Below are positions 10,411 through 20,637 of a stretch of DNA of 64,000 nt, in pieces. This stretch comes from Epithemia pelagica (Eukaryota; Protista; Bacillariophyta), in contig OX337232.1 of NCBI GenBank assembly GCA_946965045.2, forward strand, positions 2,046,001-2,110,000. The letters run 5' to 3'. The notes below the pieces were generated by a model. The model was not told the origin of the DNA, did not search any database, and saw only the letters and a list, made by a program, of their open reading frames with translations. A program made the translations under genes and the position numbers. Position 1 is the stretch's first letter. Each line of letters starts with the position of its first letter.

Positions 10411-11224
10411 ATGGACCCTCCAACAAGTGGTGAAGAGCCCCCTACGAAAAAGGTGAAGGGTGATGACCGGACGTCCCAGCCCTTGCCGGTGGAATGGACG
10501 ACCCCCAAGAAAGAAGGTGATTCCGTTCCTCAGGTCAACTTTGTCTGCCGCGTCCGCACCGACAGTGAAGGTGATAATCCTTTTGATTGGAAGACGTTTA
10601 CGACCAAGGACTTGTTTGGTGATAAACGGGTTGTCGTCTTCTCCTTACCAGGGGCCTTTACCCCAGTCTGCAGTTCCACGCATTTGCCTGGTTACGACAA
10701 GGCGTACGATGAAATCAAGGCATTGGGTATAGATGAAGTCTATTGTACGTTGTCATGATACCGAATGAGTCCCGTTTGGTCCTTTCGGAGAGAAAGGACA
10801 GTGTGAAGTGTCAAAAAGAAGTCATGCTATTGGCACTAATGATTGTTGCTCGCGTCTTTTTCTGTTTCCAGGTTTTTCGGTCAATGACGCCTTTGTCATG
10901 CGCCAGTGGGGGTTGCATATGGGCTTGGAAGAAGCAGACAAAACGGCATCGATCGGGACTGTCGGGAGTGGATTTGCCAAGGTCAAATTGATTCCCGATG
11001 GTGCCTGTCATTTTACCCGTGGAATGGGAATGAGTTGCGTGTGGGAATCGGAACGTGGCTTTGGGGAACGTTCGTGGCGCTACAGTATGGTGGTCCAAAA
11101 TGGCGTCATTGAAAAGTTGTTTGGAGAACCGGGGTGTGTTCAAAATTCGGGACCCGATCCCTTTGAGGTGTCGGATGCCACCACCATGATTGGATACCTT
11201 CAAACAACGCACAAGAAGGAGTAG
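10411..11224 (+). CDS. Type II peroxiredoxin (Prx5/Redoxin family), copy 2
   Basis: Exons 10411..10744 and 10872..11224 (intron 10745..10871 at the same codon as in copy 1). Motifs VFSLPGAFTPVCS, C-FSVNDAFVM, GFGERSWRYSMVV. Confidence 0.9.
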
Positions 11225-11666
11225 TCATACTAGTCCCGACAGTGGCCGTGGCAAAACTATAGTGATGTGTTGACTCAGCCATCATACCGATTCTCCGGGA
11301 TTATTCGAGTATTTCGTTTGGGTCTGAATGAGTTTGTCATCAAATTAGTAAGTAAGCACATAAGATCAAGGGGAATGCAGTAAGTTGTTTGTTTTCTAGG
11401 AGTACAAGCTTCTGTATGGACGGGTAGGGGTCAAGGTAGTTCTCTTTTGTTGTTCCGCCTTGCGTGTTGTCAAGCAAATATTTACGCCTAAGATCTCCTC
11501 ATTCATAAAATTTTATCAAATATGAAAATATAATAGAATAGAAACGCTCAAGAGTGAGTGATCAAAACGAAACCCATAGAGATTTGTAACGACAACGAAC
11601 ACACAAAAGATCGAAACCGGGACGATTGCGATCGACAAGGCTTGTCATCTCTGTACCATTGATAAA

Positions 11667-12902
11667 ATGAGCGGAAAAGTAGCGAGCAGCTCTGATCCAT
11701 CAGCCATGACATATGTGACGGACAGCGCCGATGCCAAATATGCTGTAGATCCGACGTCGTTGCAGACTCTGCGGGAGAGTGTTCCTTGGATGAAGGATGC
11801 CAAGTATTTTAAGAAGGTGGCCTTGTCGCCGTCGGCTGTGATGAAAGTGATGATGCATTGTCAATCTGGTGTTGAGAAGGGCATTGCAAAAGGAGGTAAT
11901 CCCATTGAAGTAATGGGATTTTTGTTAGGTCGCCCGGATCCTGTTACTCCCAAAACCTTGGTTGTCACCGATGCCTTCCCGCTACCGATTGAAGGGTTTG
12001 AAACCCGAGTGGTGGCGGACGACCAAGAAGTTCTGAATCATATGATTGCATTGGGAGAAGCGTTGGAAAAGACACGCCGTGAACGTTTTTGTGGATGGTA
12101 CCATTCTCATCCATTCGATTTGGGTGATCATTCCCACTGTTTCCTTTCACAAACTGACTTAACCACTCAATTGCAATGGCAACGAATGGAAGATCCTCAT
12201 GGAAACCCGTTCGTAGCAATTGTTGTCGATCCTCTACGTTCATCTCACATGGAAATTCCTGAACTAAAGGCCTTTCGGGCCTTTCCGCCTGAGTTCAGTC
12301 CTGCAGCAAATGAATGTCCTGACGGTACCCTAGAAAGTCGCGAGAAGGTACGGTTGGAAAAATGGGGATCCTGTTGGAACCGCTATTACGAACTGGAGGT
12401 GGAGTATTTCATGTCTCGCGTCTCACGGAATGTAATGGAAAAACTAACGCAAGACTACTTGTGGATGCGCACCTTGACGAGACCCACGGTGTCTTCCCGG
12501 ACCGCGGCCTTGACCACGGCCGTACAGCATTATCAAACTGCTGCTGGATCGTCGGCTGGACTTGGTGGAGGAGGATCATCTCGTGGCTCCGCGGCGGCAG
12601 CCGTGGTCGCAACGAGCGCGGCTGGGGCCACCACGTCTTCCTCCACTGAAGCGTACAACCAAGCCCGGACCGAACAAGCCATGGCTGCCATGGCTGTTGG
12701 TGCTGGTCCTTCACCCTCCACGCTCGCACCATCCTTACCAGGATCAATTCCTTCTTCCTTGGTACAACTTTCACCGTATGCGGCCGTCTCGGACAAGGCC
12801 AAAGAGTTGCACAAGGCAACGCGAGAAATCATGGAAGTGGCAGCAGATCAACTGTGTGATGAAACTCTTCAGCAAACCAAGGAAAAGATATTTGCCTCGT
12901 AG
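11667..12902 (+). CDS. CSN5: COP9 signalosome subunit 5 (JAMM/MPN+ deneddylase)
   Basis: YFKKVALSPSAVMKVMMH, IEVMG, GWYHSHP...FLSQTD JAMM motif, AIVVDP-x-R, KWG-x2-WNRYYELEVEYF-x-S. Confidence 0.93.
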   Translation: MSGKVASSSDPSAMTYVTDSADAKYAVDPTSLQTLRESVPWMKDAKYFKKVALSPSAVMKVMMHCQSGVEKGIAKGGNPIEVMGFLLGRPDPVTPKTLVVTDAFPLPIEGFETRVVADDQEVLNHMIALGEALEKTRRERFCGWYHSHPFDLGDHSHCFLSQTDLTTQLQWQRMEDPHGNPFVAIVVDPLRSSHMEIPELKAFRAFPPEFSPAANECPDGTLESREKVRLEKWGSCWNRYYELEVEYFMSRVSRNVMEKLTQDYLWMRTLTRPTVSSRTAALTTAVQHYQTAAGSSAGLGGGGSSRGSAAAAVVATSAAGATTSSSTEAYNQARTEQAMAAMAVGAGPSPSTLAPSLPGSIPSSLVQLSPYAAVSDKAKELHKATREIMEVAADQLCDETLQQTKEKIFAS

Positions 12903-13830
12903 CGATTCGACCCAAGTATAGGGCGTCCAATGCAACTACCCAGATGGCGATACTTTGCTTGCCCGCACCGTTTCATTTTGATATCTTGCCATTCAAATGC
13001 ATAAGTTGCTGTGATTTTATTTTGGTACGAACTACTCCTAGTTGCATTCAACCGTCTGTTTCAGATTGCATTTTCCCTTTTGACCGTTGTAGATATCGAA
13101 CATATCGGAGAAGGAGTAAAATGCTCCTCTAGAAAGCTCCCCCCGACTTTGGGGGGGGCCCAGGCAGGCGAAGGGGGAAAGGGAAGGGGAAAGGAAGGAC
13201 TTGCCATAGGATGAGGGATTCCACTTCCTAACGGGAAACCGATATAACCGTCGCCAATTTTTAGTCTTGGTATATCTTGAGTACACTAATTTCTATAGTG
13301 ATCATTTTTCGTGGAGGGAGTTAAATGAGGAATGACAAATCCCCCGCGGCTGGGGGACTGGGCATAATTCGAACTTTCTAACTACCCAATCAAATCTTGC
13401 CATAAAAAAATGAGCGACAGAAACAGACAGATCCTCAGTACCAAGCTTTCTACACAGGAATCACGTATGTACCTGGCTACGTGAAATTTGTACCGGAAAA
13501 TCGCTTGATTCTCAGTATAACACAAACAGTAGTACGAAAGACCGTGGACATCTCACCATCCACATTTCATTCCTCATAATTTGGTAACAAAAACCAGTGA
13601 TTACACCGAAGACACAACACCATCATCACTCCATCCGTTCCCACCACCATATCGTTCCCACCACCATAGCGTTGCCATTGCGTTGTCATACCGTTGTCAT
13701 CACCAACAACAACAACAACAAGCCGAAAGCCACAGCGGCACAAAAAGTAAGTGTTTCCCTCGCCGATGGATGTGATGACAACAGTAACTAACCTTTGCTT
13801 TCTTCCATGTTTACAGGAAAAGTGGAGTGC

Positions 13831-13981
13831 AGTAAGGCCGTTCCCAAATCGGACCCGAAACCAAATCGAAAAGTAAGGCTGTTCCCAAAACGGACCCGAA
13901 ACCAAATCGAACAGTAAGGCCGTTCCCAAAACGGACCCGAATTCATTTTTTCAGTAAGGCCGTTTTAACAGACCCGAAATC
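13831..13981. repeat. Tandem 40-41 bp repeat x4 with internal palindrome CCGTT-N5-AACGG
   Basis: Units start at 13831, 13872, 13913 and 13953 (AGTAAGGCCGTTCCCAAAACGGACCCGAA...), ending about 20 bp before the ATG at 14000. Confidence 0.9.
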
Positions 13982-13999
13982 AAAGTCCGGCCATTAACC

Positions 14000-15433
14000 A
14001 TGGCCCGGGACCGTCGACCCAAGGCGCCTCCAAAGGCGGCCTCAACAACATCCACGGCAGCAACCGCTGCTGTGAAATCTGAATCTCGTCCCAAAAAACG
14101 GGAACAAGAGGACGATGACAACTTTTCGATCTCGACTCCTATCCCGAAAAAGAAATCCAGGACGAAAGCGCCTGTGGATTCGGAGGAGGAAGAGGAGAAC
14201 GAATTCGATGATGAAAACTCAGTCGTACCAATCGACAAACCTCCCAAAAAGAAGGGGGACTCCTCAAAAACGGCCGCCTTGAAAAAGGATGAGTTGGATG
14301 AAGAGGAAGAGGAAGACGACGACGAAGTCGAAGATGACTGTCCTATATTCGAGGACAAGACTCTCGCTTTGTCCAACTACCTCCCCCGCGTTCGGACCAA
14401 ACGCAATAATTTTATGAACGAAAACGTTACGGCTTCCGCGGCGATCGCATTGGCAAATGCCATTGACGAGAATGTATGGTTCCCGCTGGGTCAAACGACT
14501 CCTGGCGCGGATCTATACGGGTTCAGCCTGATTGCTCAGGCCAACAAGGTGCCGTTGAAAGAAGACGAGACGCTAGCAATGGCTATGAACAACCGCATTA
14601 CGTCGTTGATCAAGCCTTTGTACAACTTTCAGAAAATCGAAGAAGCCAAGTTTAACTTGAGCGATTACAGCATCCCCACTCCAGTGGTGGTTGTCTTCCC
14701 GAGCAAAGGCAATGCCAAATACAAAGGCTTTGCTGTTTGTGGATCATGGATCTACGTTGCCAAAGAGAAGTACACGATGGAAGCAACCCAGCAGAACTTT
14801 GTGAATCTGGGTTACATGGAAATCGTGAACGAGAAAGGCGATCGTGTTCGTCACAAACACAGCCGATCCAAATTGGAAGAGACAACAAGGCGCCTCGAAC
14901 AGGCTGTCACGAGTCTAGAGAACAGTGTCTTGGACATCAACACTGCCCATTTGGAATCGAGCATCAAAACGGAAGACACCACTCGGCGCCTCGAAGAGGC
15001 TGTCGCTGGATTGGAGTCGAGTACGAGCTCGATCTTAGAGAAGCTTGAACAAGGGACAAACAAGCCCTCCGGTTCATCTGAAGCTACTCTTGCCGAATCT
15101 CCCGACTCCAAGGGAAAGGTTGGACCTCCTCCGGAAGCAGAAGGACCGGAACAGACCGACGAGGATATGATTCCTACCATTCCTTCTCCAGCACCGGAAG
15201 CGGAAGCGAAACCGACCCCTCCCAAACCCACGGTTATCAACATCAGCCAAGGTGAAGTTGTTCTACAGAAGGGACAAATGCTCCGTGTCCGAAAGGGCAT
15301 CAGGCATTTTGCCATTGTCCCCAACAAGGACTATGTCACAAAACTCCTACAAAAAGAAGAACAACGACGCAGGGAAATGGCAAACGCCGCCCTCAACCCG
15401 AACTCGCACCATGTCCATGCGTCTCGCCGTTGA
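14000..15433 (+). CDS. Uncharacterised 477-aa transposon accessory protein
   Basis: Long ATG-initiated ORF with K/R and D/E-rich N-terminus, globular middle and a duplicated coiled-coil segment (KLEETTRRLEQAVTSLE / KTEDTTRRLEEAVAGLE). Lies tail-to-tail with the transposase. Confidence 0.75.
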   Translation: MARDRRPKAPPKAASTTSTAATAAVKSESRPKKREQEDDDNFSISTPIPKKKSRTKAPVDSEEEEENEFDDENSVVPIDKPPKKKGDSSKTAALKKDELDEEEEEDDDEVEDDCPIFEDKTLALSNYLPRVRTKRNNFMNENVTASAAIALANAIDENVWFPLGQTTPGADLYGFSLIAQANKVPLKEDETLAMAMNNRITSLIKPLYNFQKIEEAKFNLSDYSIPTPVVVVFPSKGNAKYKGFAVCGSWIYVAKEKYTMEATQQNFVNLGYMEIVNEKGDRVRHKHSRSKLEETTRRLEQAVTSLENSVLDINTAHLESSIKTEDTTRRLEEAVAGLESSTSSILEKLEQGTNKPSGSSEATLAESPDSKGKVGPPPEAEGPEQTDEDMIPTIPSPAPEAEAKPTPPKPTVINISQGEVVLQKGQMLRVRKGIRHFAIVPNKDYVTKLLQKEEQRRREMANAALNPNSHHVHASRR

Positions 15434-15682
15434 AGAACGACGAAAAACCCTATCCTACTCCAATTTGTTATTGGAGTGGTATTTGTCATGCCACTCTACA
15501 AATGGGGAAGAAGAAACGAGTGGGGTAAACCTACTACTTGGAATTACTCTGTAAATCCTTGATACTAATATTGCTGTTTCAACACAGTCGATATCTCTGA
15601 TAGGACTTGAAATTTTTCATGTGCTTATTATATTACTGACGATGGAAACTAAAGAAGACTCTGACGAAGGGTTGATTTAGAG

Positions 15683-15776
15683 GGGCCATGTAATCACATG
15701 GACTCCGATGAAGAAGGCAGGGCCACGTTCTCTCGTGGACTCTGAACGAAGAAGGGCCATGTACTTACATGGACTC
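15683..15776. repeat. Three 23-bp hairpin repeats GGGCC-N12-GGACTC
   Basis: Units at 15683, 15720 and 15754: gggccatgtaatcacatggactc / gggccacgttctctcgtggactc / gggccatgtacttacatggactc. Confidence 0.85.
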
Positions 15777-18700
15777 TTCCAAACTTTGGGTCCCATTGTT
15801 AATTCTGCGATTGGGACAACCAAGAAGATGAGGTGGGCGTCCGTTCCGATTAGGGCGTCTCACCCATTCTAAAAAAGCTTGACAGCAAATCTGTTGTTGT
15901 GCCTTGGGGCGTTTGGTACGAGCGATGTCTCTCCACGACCACGACGATGCAGATGCCTGTGAGCAAATCTCAATGGGACTCTCTCGAGTGCCCGACATTT
16001 CAATTGCTTTCCTGACACCCTCAGGAGGAGTATATTTTACCTTATAAGGATTGGTGATCTTGACCGATGAGGGAATACCCGAAGCATCGGAGACACGATG
16101 CTTGGAGGCCACAGACTTCTTCGCAGGCGTCTGTTTGAATGCTTGAGAAAAAATCGACGGTGCACTCAGGACATCGATACAAACGGGCTCTTCGAAAGGA
16201 TTGCCAATAGTATCCTGTGTTTTGGGTTCTTGTTGGGTTGGCACGATGGTTGCAATCTCTGCCGAAGTGTCCAATTCAATGCGATTGGTGCTGATCGTGT
16301 CCACCTCGACACCATCACATTCCATAGAAGGTGGAAGTGAGCACGATAGCTGCGAAGGCGAGGCCGTTGGAGGAACGGACGCCCTTCCCGATCGTACCTC
16401 GTGTGGCAACGGCGTTGGATTATGCCCACACGCCCGACAATAACAACGATCAGACAAAGGACTTGTCTCCACTTCGGCTTCTCTCTGGAGTTGCTCCGAC
16501 AAGTACTGGGCGAAGAAACGCTCACCGTTGTCTTCGGGGAGAGGACGAGCATAGTCGAAGGGTGACACCGGATAACCAATGGATTCAGCCAATCCATTGG
16601 CGAAAGTCAAGTCACTATGATTGAAAAACTCGGGATGGTTCTTCCATCCTGAAGGAACATTGGGGCGAGAAACACTCGACTCCTCCGCCATACGGATCTT
16701 GTGACGAATCTTGGTGTTGTAACGGGCAGTGCCCACCAGATTCAATGTATCACACAGCTCCGCCCTCATTCTGCAATTAGCGAAGTGGGCCAACTGGTCG
16801 TGGTACTGCTCGACCTTGGACTCACATCGTAACGAGATATATTCGTTGCACTCGTGTTTTGTGGAAGGTGTTGGTTTGATTACACGATAAGTTTCGTGTA
16901 AAGGCAGGGCATCCTGGATGTGGACTGCGTTCTTCATCTGTTCGGTCACGGCGGTCTTCGTGTCGACAGTGAACAGCTTCTTACCAGTACTTGGATCAGT
17001 ATCGCCCTTGTACTGGTCCATCCACCTCTGCAAGTTATGAGCGATCACATCCGGAGGATTGATCTGCTTCATAAGGAACTTGGAGTACTTGCGGCGGAAC
17101 TCCGGTCCCGACTGCATCTCAGAGGACCAGACCGTCCCATTTGACCCGCCTTCAATGCCTTGAGCAAGGCATTGTACGAGTCCGGCTCGAAACCATACAC
17201 GCATTCCAAGAGCTCATTAAGAGCCTTGTGGTAATGGCGATGTCCCTGGCGCATTGTTTTGATGATGCGCTGTTGGAAATGGTAGAGTCCAAGACGACCC
17301 TCCAAGGTATCTCCAAAGAGGAGTTTCCAGAACTCACACTTCTTTGGCCATGTATCGCTATACATGGAAACGGGGTTGAAACCCTTTCGACGGGCTAAAC
17401 ATTCAGCGGCATGAGCAAAAGATTTTGTCTTTGTGTCCTCGACACAAACGGCTGAGGCAATCTCTCCAGTCTCTGTCGCCGAATCCCAAACGGCCTTGAT
17501 TCCAAGGGATTTTTTATAATTCTTGGCGACCTCCATAGTATGATCCTGGGCGAACATACTGGAGGTCGTGACGGATTGTATCTCCCTGATACAACGATCT
17601 TTGTCCGAAACGCCATAGTTGTTGGCCGTGGAAGTCGAAGCACGGTCAAATAAATCACGGAGCGAATCTCCTGATGGTGGGAAGGTGGGGAGATATTCGC
17701 CCGCTAACTCCGGATACAAAGGGACGCCCAAAGGGGCGTCACTAACACCAATGAGACTCTTCCATTCCGACAGATATTCTGTGAATCGCCGGAGATGAGT
17801 GTTGGTGATGCCAGCATAAATGGAGCGCGACAATTTGTCGGCGTTACCATATGTCAGCATGTTCTCTTCGAGTACATGACTGCATGCCCGGTCAAGATGG
17901 AACATCATGCCATTGTCGGCGAACTTCGGTTCGACCGGATAAGCCGACCGAACATGAATCGGAAGGGTCATGAGAACTTTGGCAGAGTTCCCATCATATC
18001 GCATTGGGCATTTTGAACATTTGTACGACATAACAATGGCCCAGTCGGGGGGACCATTGACGTTAAAAATGGGAAACAACTTCTTATTCTTTGAGAAGTT
18101 GCTGCGGTCTCGGCGCAATGTCCCATTATCGCAATCTGGACAGCGGATGACAATGCCAGGGAATTGGTCTTCCCAGCAAACATTGTAAATCCTCTGACCC
18201 TCAATCGAATGATAATGAGGGTCAATTGGCTGTCCATAACGGACGACCGGAATCTGGAATTCCAGTGTCTGTGGTGTGAACCAATTCTGTTCCTTGTGGT
18301 TCAATAAATGGCGGGTAACTGCCATTATTGGTAGGGGAACCCCATTCTTCTTCTCGGTTGAGGAAGAGACAAAGTCTGGGTCGGCCATTGCATCTTGCAC
18401 TGCGTCGTGAAGATTTGTATGGTTGGTTCTCTGAGGAGCCACCATTTGCTGGGCGTACTCACGTACGCTCGGTTCTGCGGTCGATATGTTAAAAAAAGTC
18501 CCCGTGAAGGGCTTTTCGTTCGTAGCGGCAAGTTTCTTGTCGTTCTCTTCGGATTTCACGGTGGTTTTGTTCTTATGCCCCTTCGTCTTTCGATTGTGGG
18601 GGCAAAGAACATGGTGTCCTCGATGCGGCTGTTTTAGCCCATTGAGTTTGGTGTAGCACATGATGCAGTCCTTCGAAGGGTCGAAGGCCTTTGCATCACA

Positions 18701-19021
18701 GTCGAGCGCATTGTCAGAGACTTTGCCAGTCATCTTCTTCTGCCCCTTATTCTGGTAGCACCGGTATTGGTACTCTTGCTTTCGTTTGATAGCAGTGGTG
18801 GCTTTTTGGCGCATCTGGCTTTGGATGCCCATTTCACCGTCTTCTGCTTCGTCCGTTGGGTTCATTCGGTCCTGTGCTCTCGCTGCTGCGTTAGCGTCAA
18901 CGTAGCAGCGGAAGAAGAAAGGATCCAGAGTCGACTTGATGCCGCCCTTCGTCCGTTGGGTCGTCTCCGGAGAGACGCCCTTTTGGCCAGTAAAGCCCAT
19001 ATTAGAATCCTCTTTGTCCAT
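15765..19021 (-). pseudogene. DDE transposase (MULE-related/Dada-like), frameshifted near 17125-17145
   Basis: Candidate catalytic residues in FAQDHTM (D), MYSDTWP (D) and ESKVEQYH (E); RLGLYHFQQR at the DxxH position; CPDC...YKCSKC zinc motif. The reading frame shifts between YNALLKALKAG and NGTVWSSE...FRRKY with no intron signal. Confidence 0.75.
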
Positions 19022-19649
19022 CCCTCTTGGTTTTGTTTTTGTTTTTAGAATTATGAGAGTAGTTGTGTGTTGTGCGTTTTTTAGAGAGCTGAGGAGGGAA
19101 TTTTTCGTGTTGGCATTTTCTGGTGAACTCGGTGGGGAATCGGCATGTTCCGAATTCCTTCCGACCGGGACCACCGACTTTGAAATATTGAATAGTGTTA
19201 CTTAGATATTTTTATAGCTAATTGGATCGCAATTGGATTTTTTTAGACTAATTATTAGTGTTGATCCGACAGTTGGTTGACAGTTGGAGGATAGTGACAG
19301 GGGGGAAAAGGCACCAATCAGATCGCTGCCTGAGGAAACTGCACCCCTCCCCCCGGGGAATATCACTCTATGCAATCAATATCATTGGTCGCTTGGTAAG
19401 GCAGTAGTCGGACCGTTGAATGCAAATGACTCTGAAGGATTTTGTACGCCCCCTTCCAACTGATTTCTTCCTGGGACTTTAAATTCATTATTGCCCATAT
19501 ACCAGCGTTCCAACTCATCGACCGTCTCACATTTTGGTTTTCCGGTGCACGATGACAGCTTACAGCTCTCTTCGAAAGGTTGTTTAAGATAGAGAACGAA
19601 CACGATCTGATGATCAGTGTTCATTCTTCATCAGGCCAAGGCATGAAAG

Positions 19650-20422
19650 ATGAATCAAAGTGGTCGAAATACCGCATGCGTTGTTCGCCATGACCTTGCA
19701 GTAGATGTCATGGATGATGACAAACATACGAGCAACCTGTCATTTCCTCGTCGAAAAACACCGCAGCACAAAGCTCCACCCTCGCACGAGAGTATAGATT
19801 CCGAACACGATGATTTTCACAAGATCGGACATTCCATTCTGAACTTTTCGTGGAAAAATGTTGTTTCAAAAACATTTTCTCGAAATGCCGTGCTGTTGCT
19901 CTTTAGCCTTGACGGCTGTCGCTTTGAACTGTTGGCGTTGCAGGAAATAGATGAGAAAGCCACGGTCTCTGATATCTTCCAGCATGTATCGAATTGTCAA
20001 GATGAATTCTTGCAAAGACAAACCTACAAAGGAGTTCTCGTCGCCGCGACTGAAAGATTAGTGACCATGGACAAAGTCGTGGCAAATCATTGTGGGAAAC
20101 GAAACAGTATCCTGGTTGCTGTTCCTGAAGAATCGACGGTGATTGAATGTACAAGGAATGCCATTCAACTGCTGTCAGATCCATTAATTGATCACAGCGT
20201 AAGTGAGAAGCATTAAACTCGCCGCTATTTGTACCATTTCTCACTCCCCGCTACTACTCATGTTTCCTCTTTCAGCTATCCTTGCACGAACTTGACGCCA
20301 GAGGATGGATCACAAGAGGGAAAAAACGGCTCCAATTTCTTTCCGACTCGGACGTGCAAAAGACGAAATTCAGGTTTTCTTGGTACCCTCGTGAGCGAGA
20401 GGAGACAAGACGCACAAACTGA
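19650..20422 (+). CDS. 231-aa protein with the RFELL (ubiquitin-like) domain; short paralog of 26147..28098
   Basis: Exons 19650..20198 and 20276..20422 (GTAAGT...TTCAG, phase 0). RFELLALQEIDEKATVSDIFQH...ILVAVP aligns with RFELLQLEFDSEKALVSDVLAQ...VLVAVP. Confidence 0.75.
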
Positions 20423-20637
20423 ATATTTAGGTTTGCACAACATTTATACACCTTATTACATCGTTTTCAACAACTTTTACAACTAGGCATACGCTCGAAA
20501 AGACATATTCCATCGTTACCCTCGTTGCATGATTTTGAGATGTCTTTCTTTGTGATGAGCTTTGCATCATGACAATAGTGTTGTATTGCAGTCAATGGCT
20601 TAAAAGCAAGAACATAGGAAAGGTAGCAGGTCAACTA

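Larger units (their letters stand above)
13294..19370. mobile_element. Two-gene DNA transposon (MULE/Dada-like DDE transposase plus convergent accessory gene); ends tentative
   Basis: Frameshifted DDE transposase on -, accessory ORF on +, internal repeat arrays. Imperfect terminal inverted match TATAGTGATCATTTTTCGTGGAGGGAGT (13294) vs TAGAGTGATATTCCCCGGGGGGAGGGGT (reverse complement ending 19370). No clear TSD. Confidence 0.55.

Noticed and set aside
17120-17150. Programmed ribosomal frameshift in the transposase
   Set aside because: No slippery heptamer; a simple indel in a decaying copy is more parsimonious.
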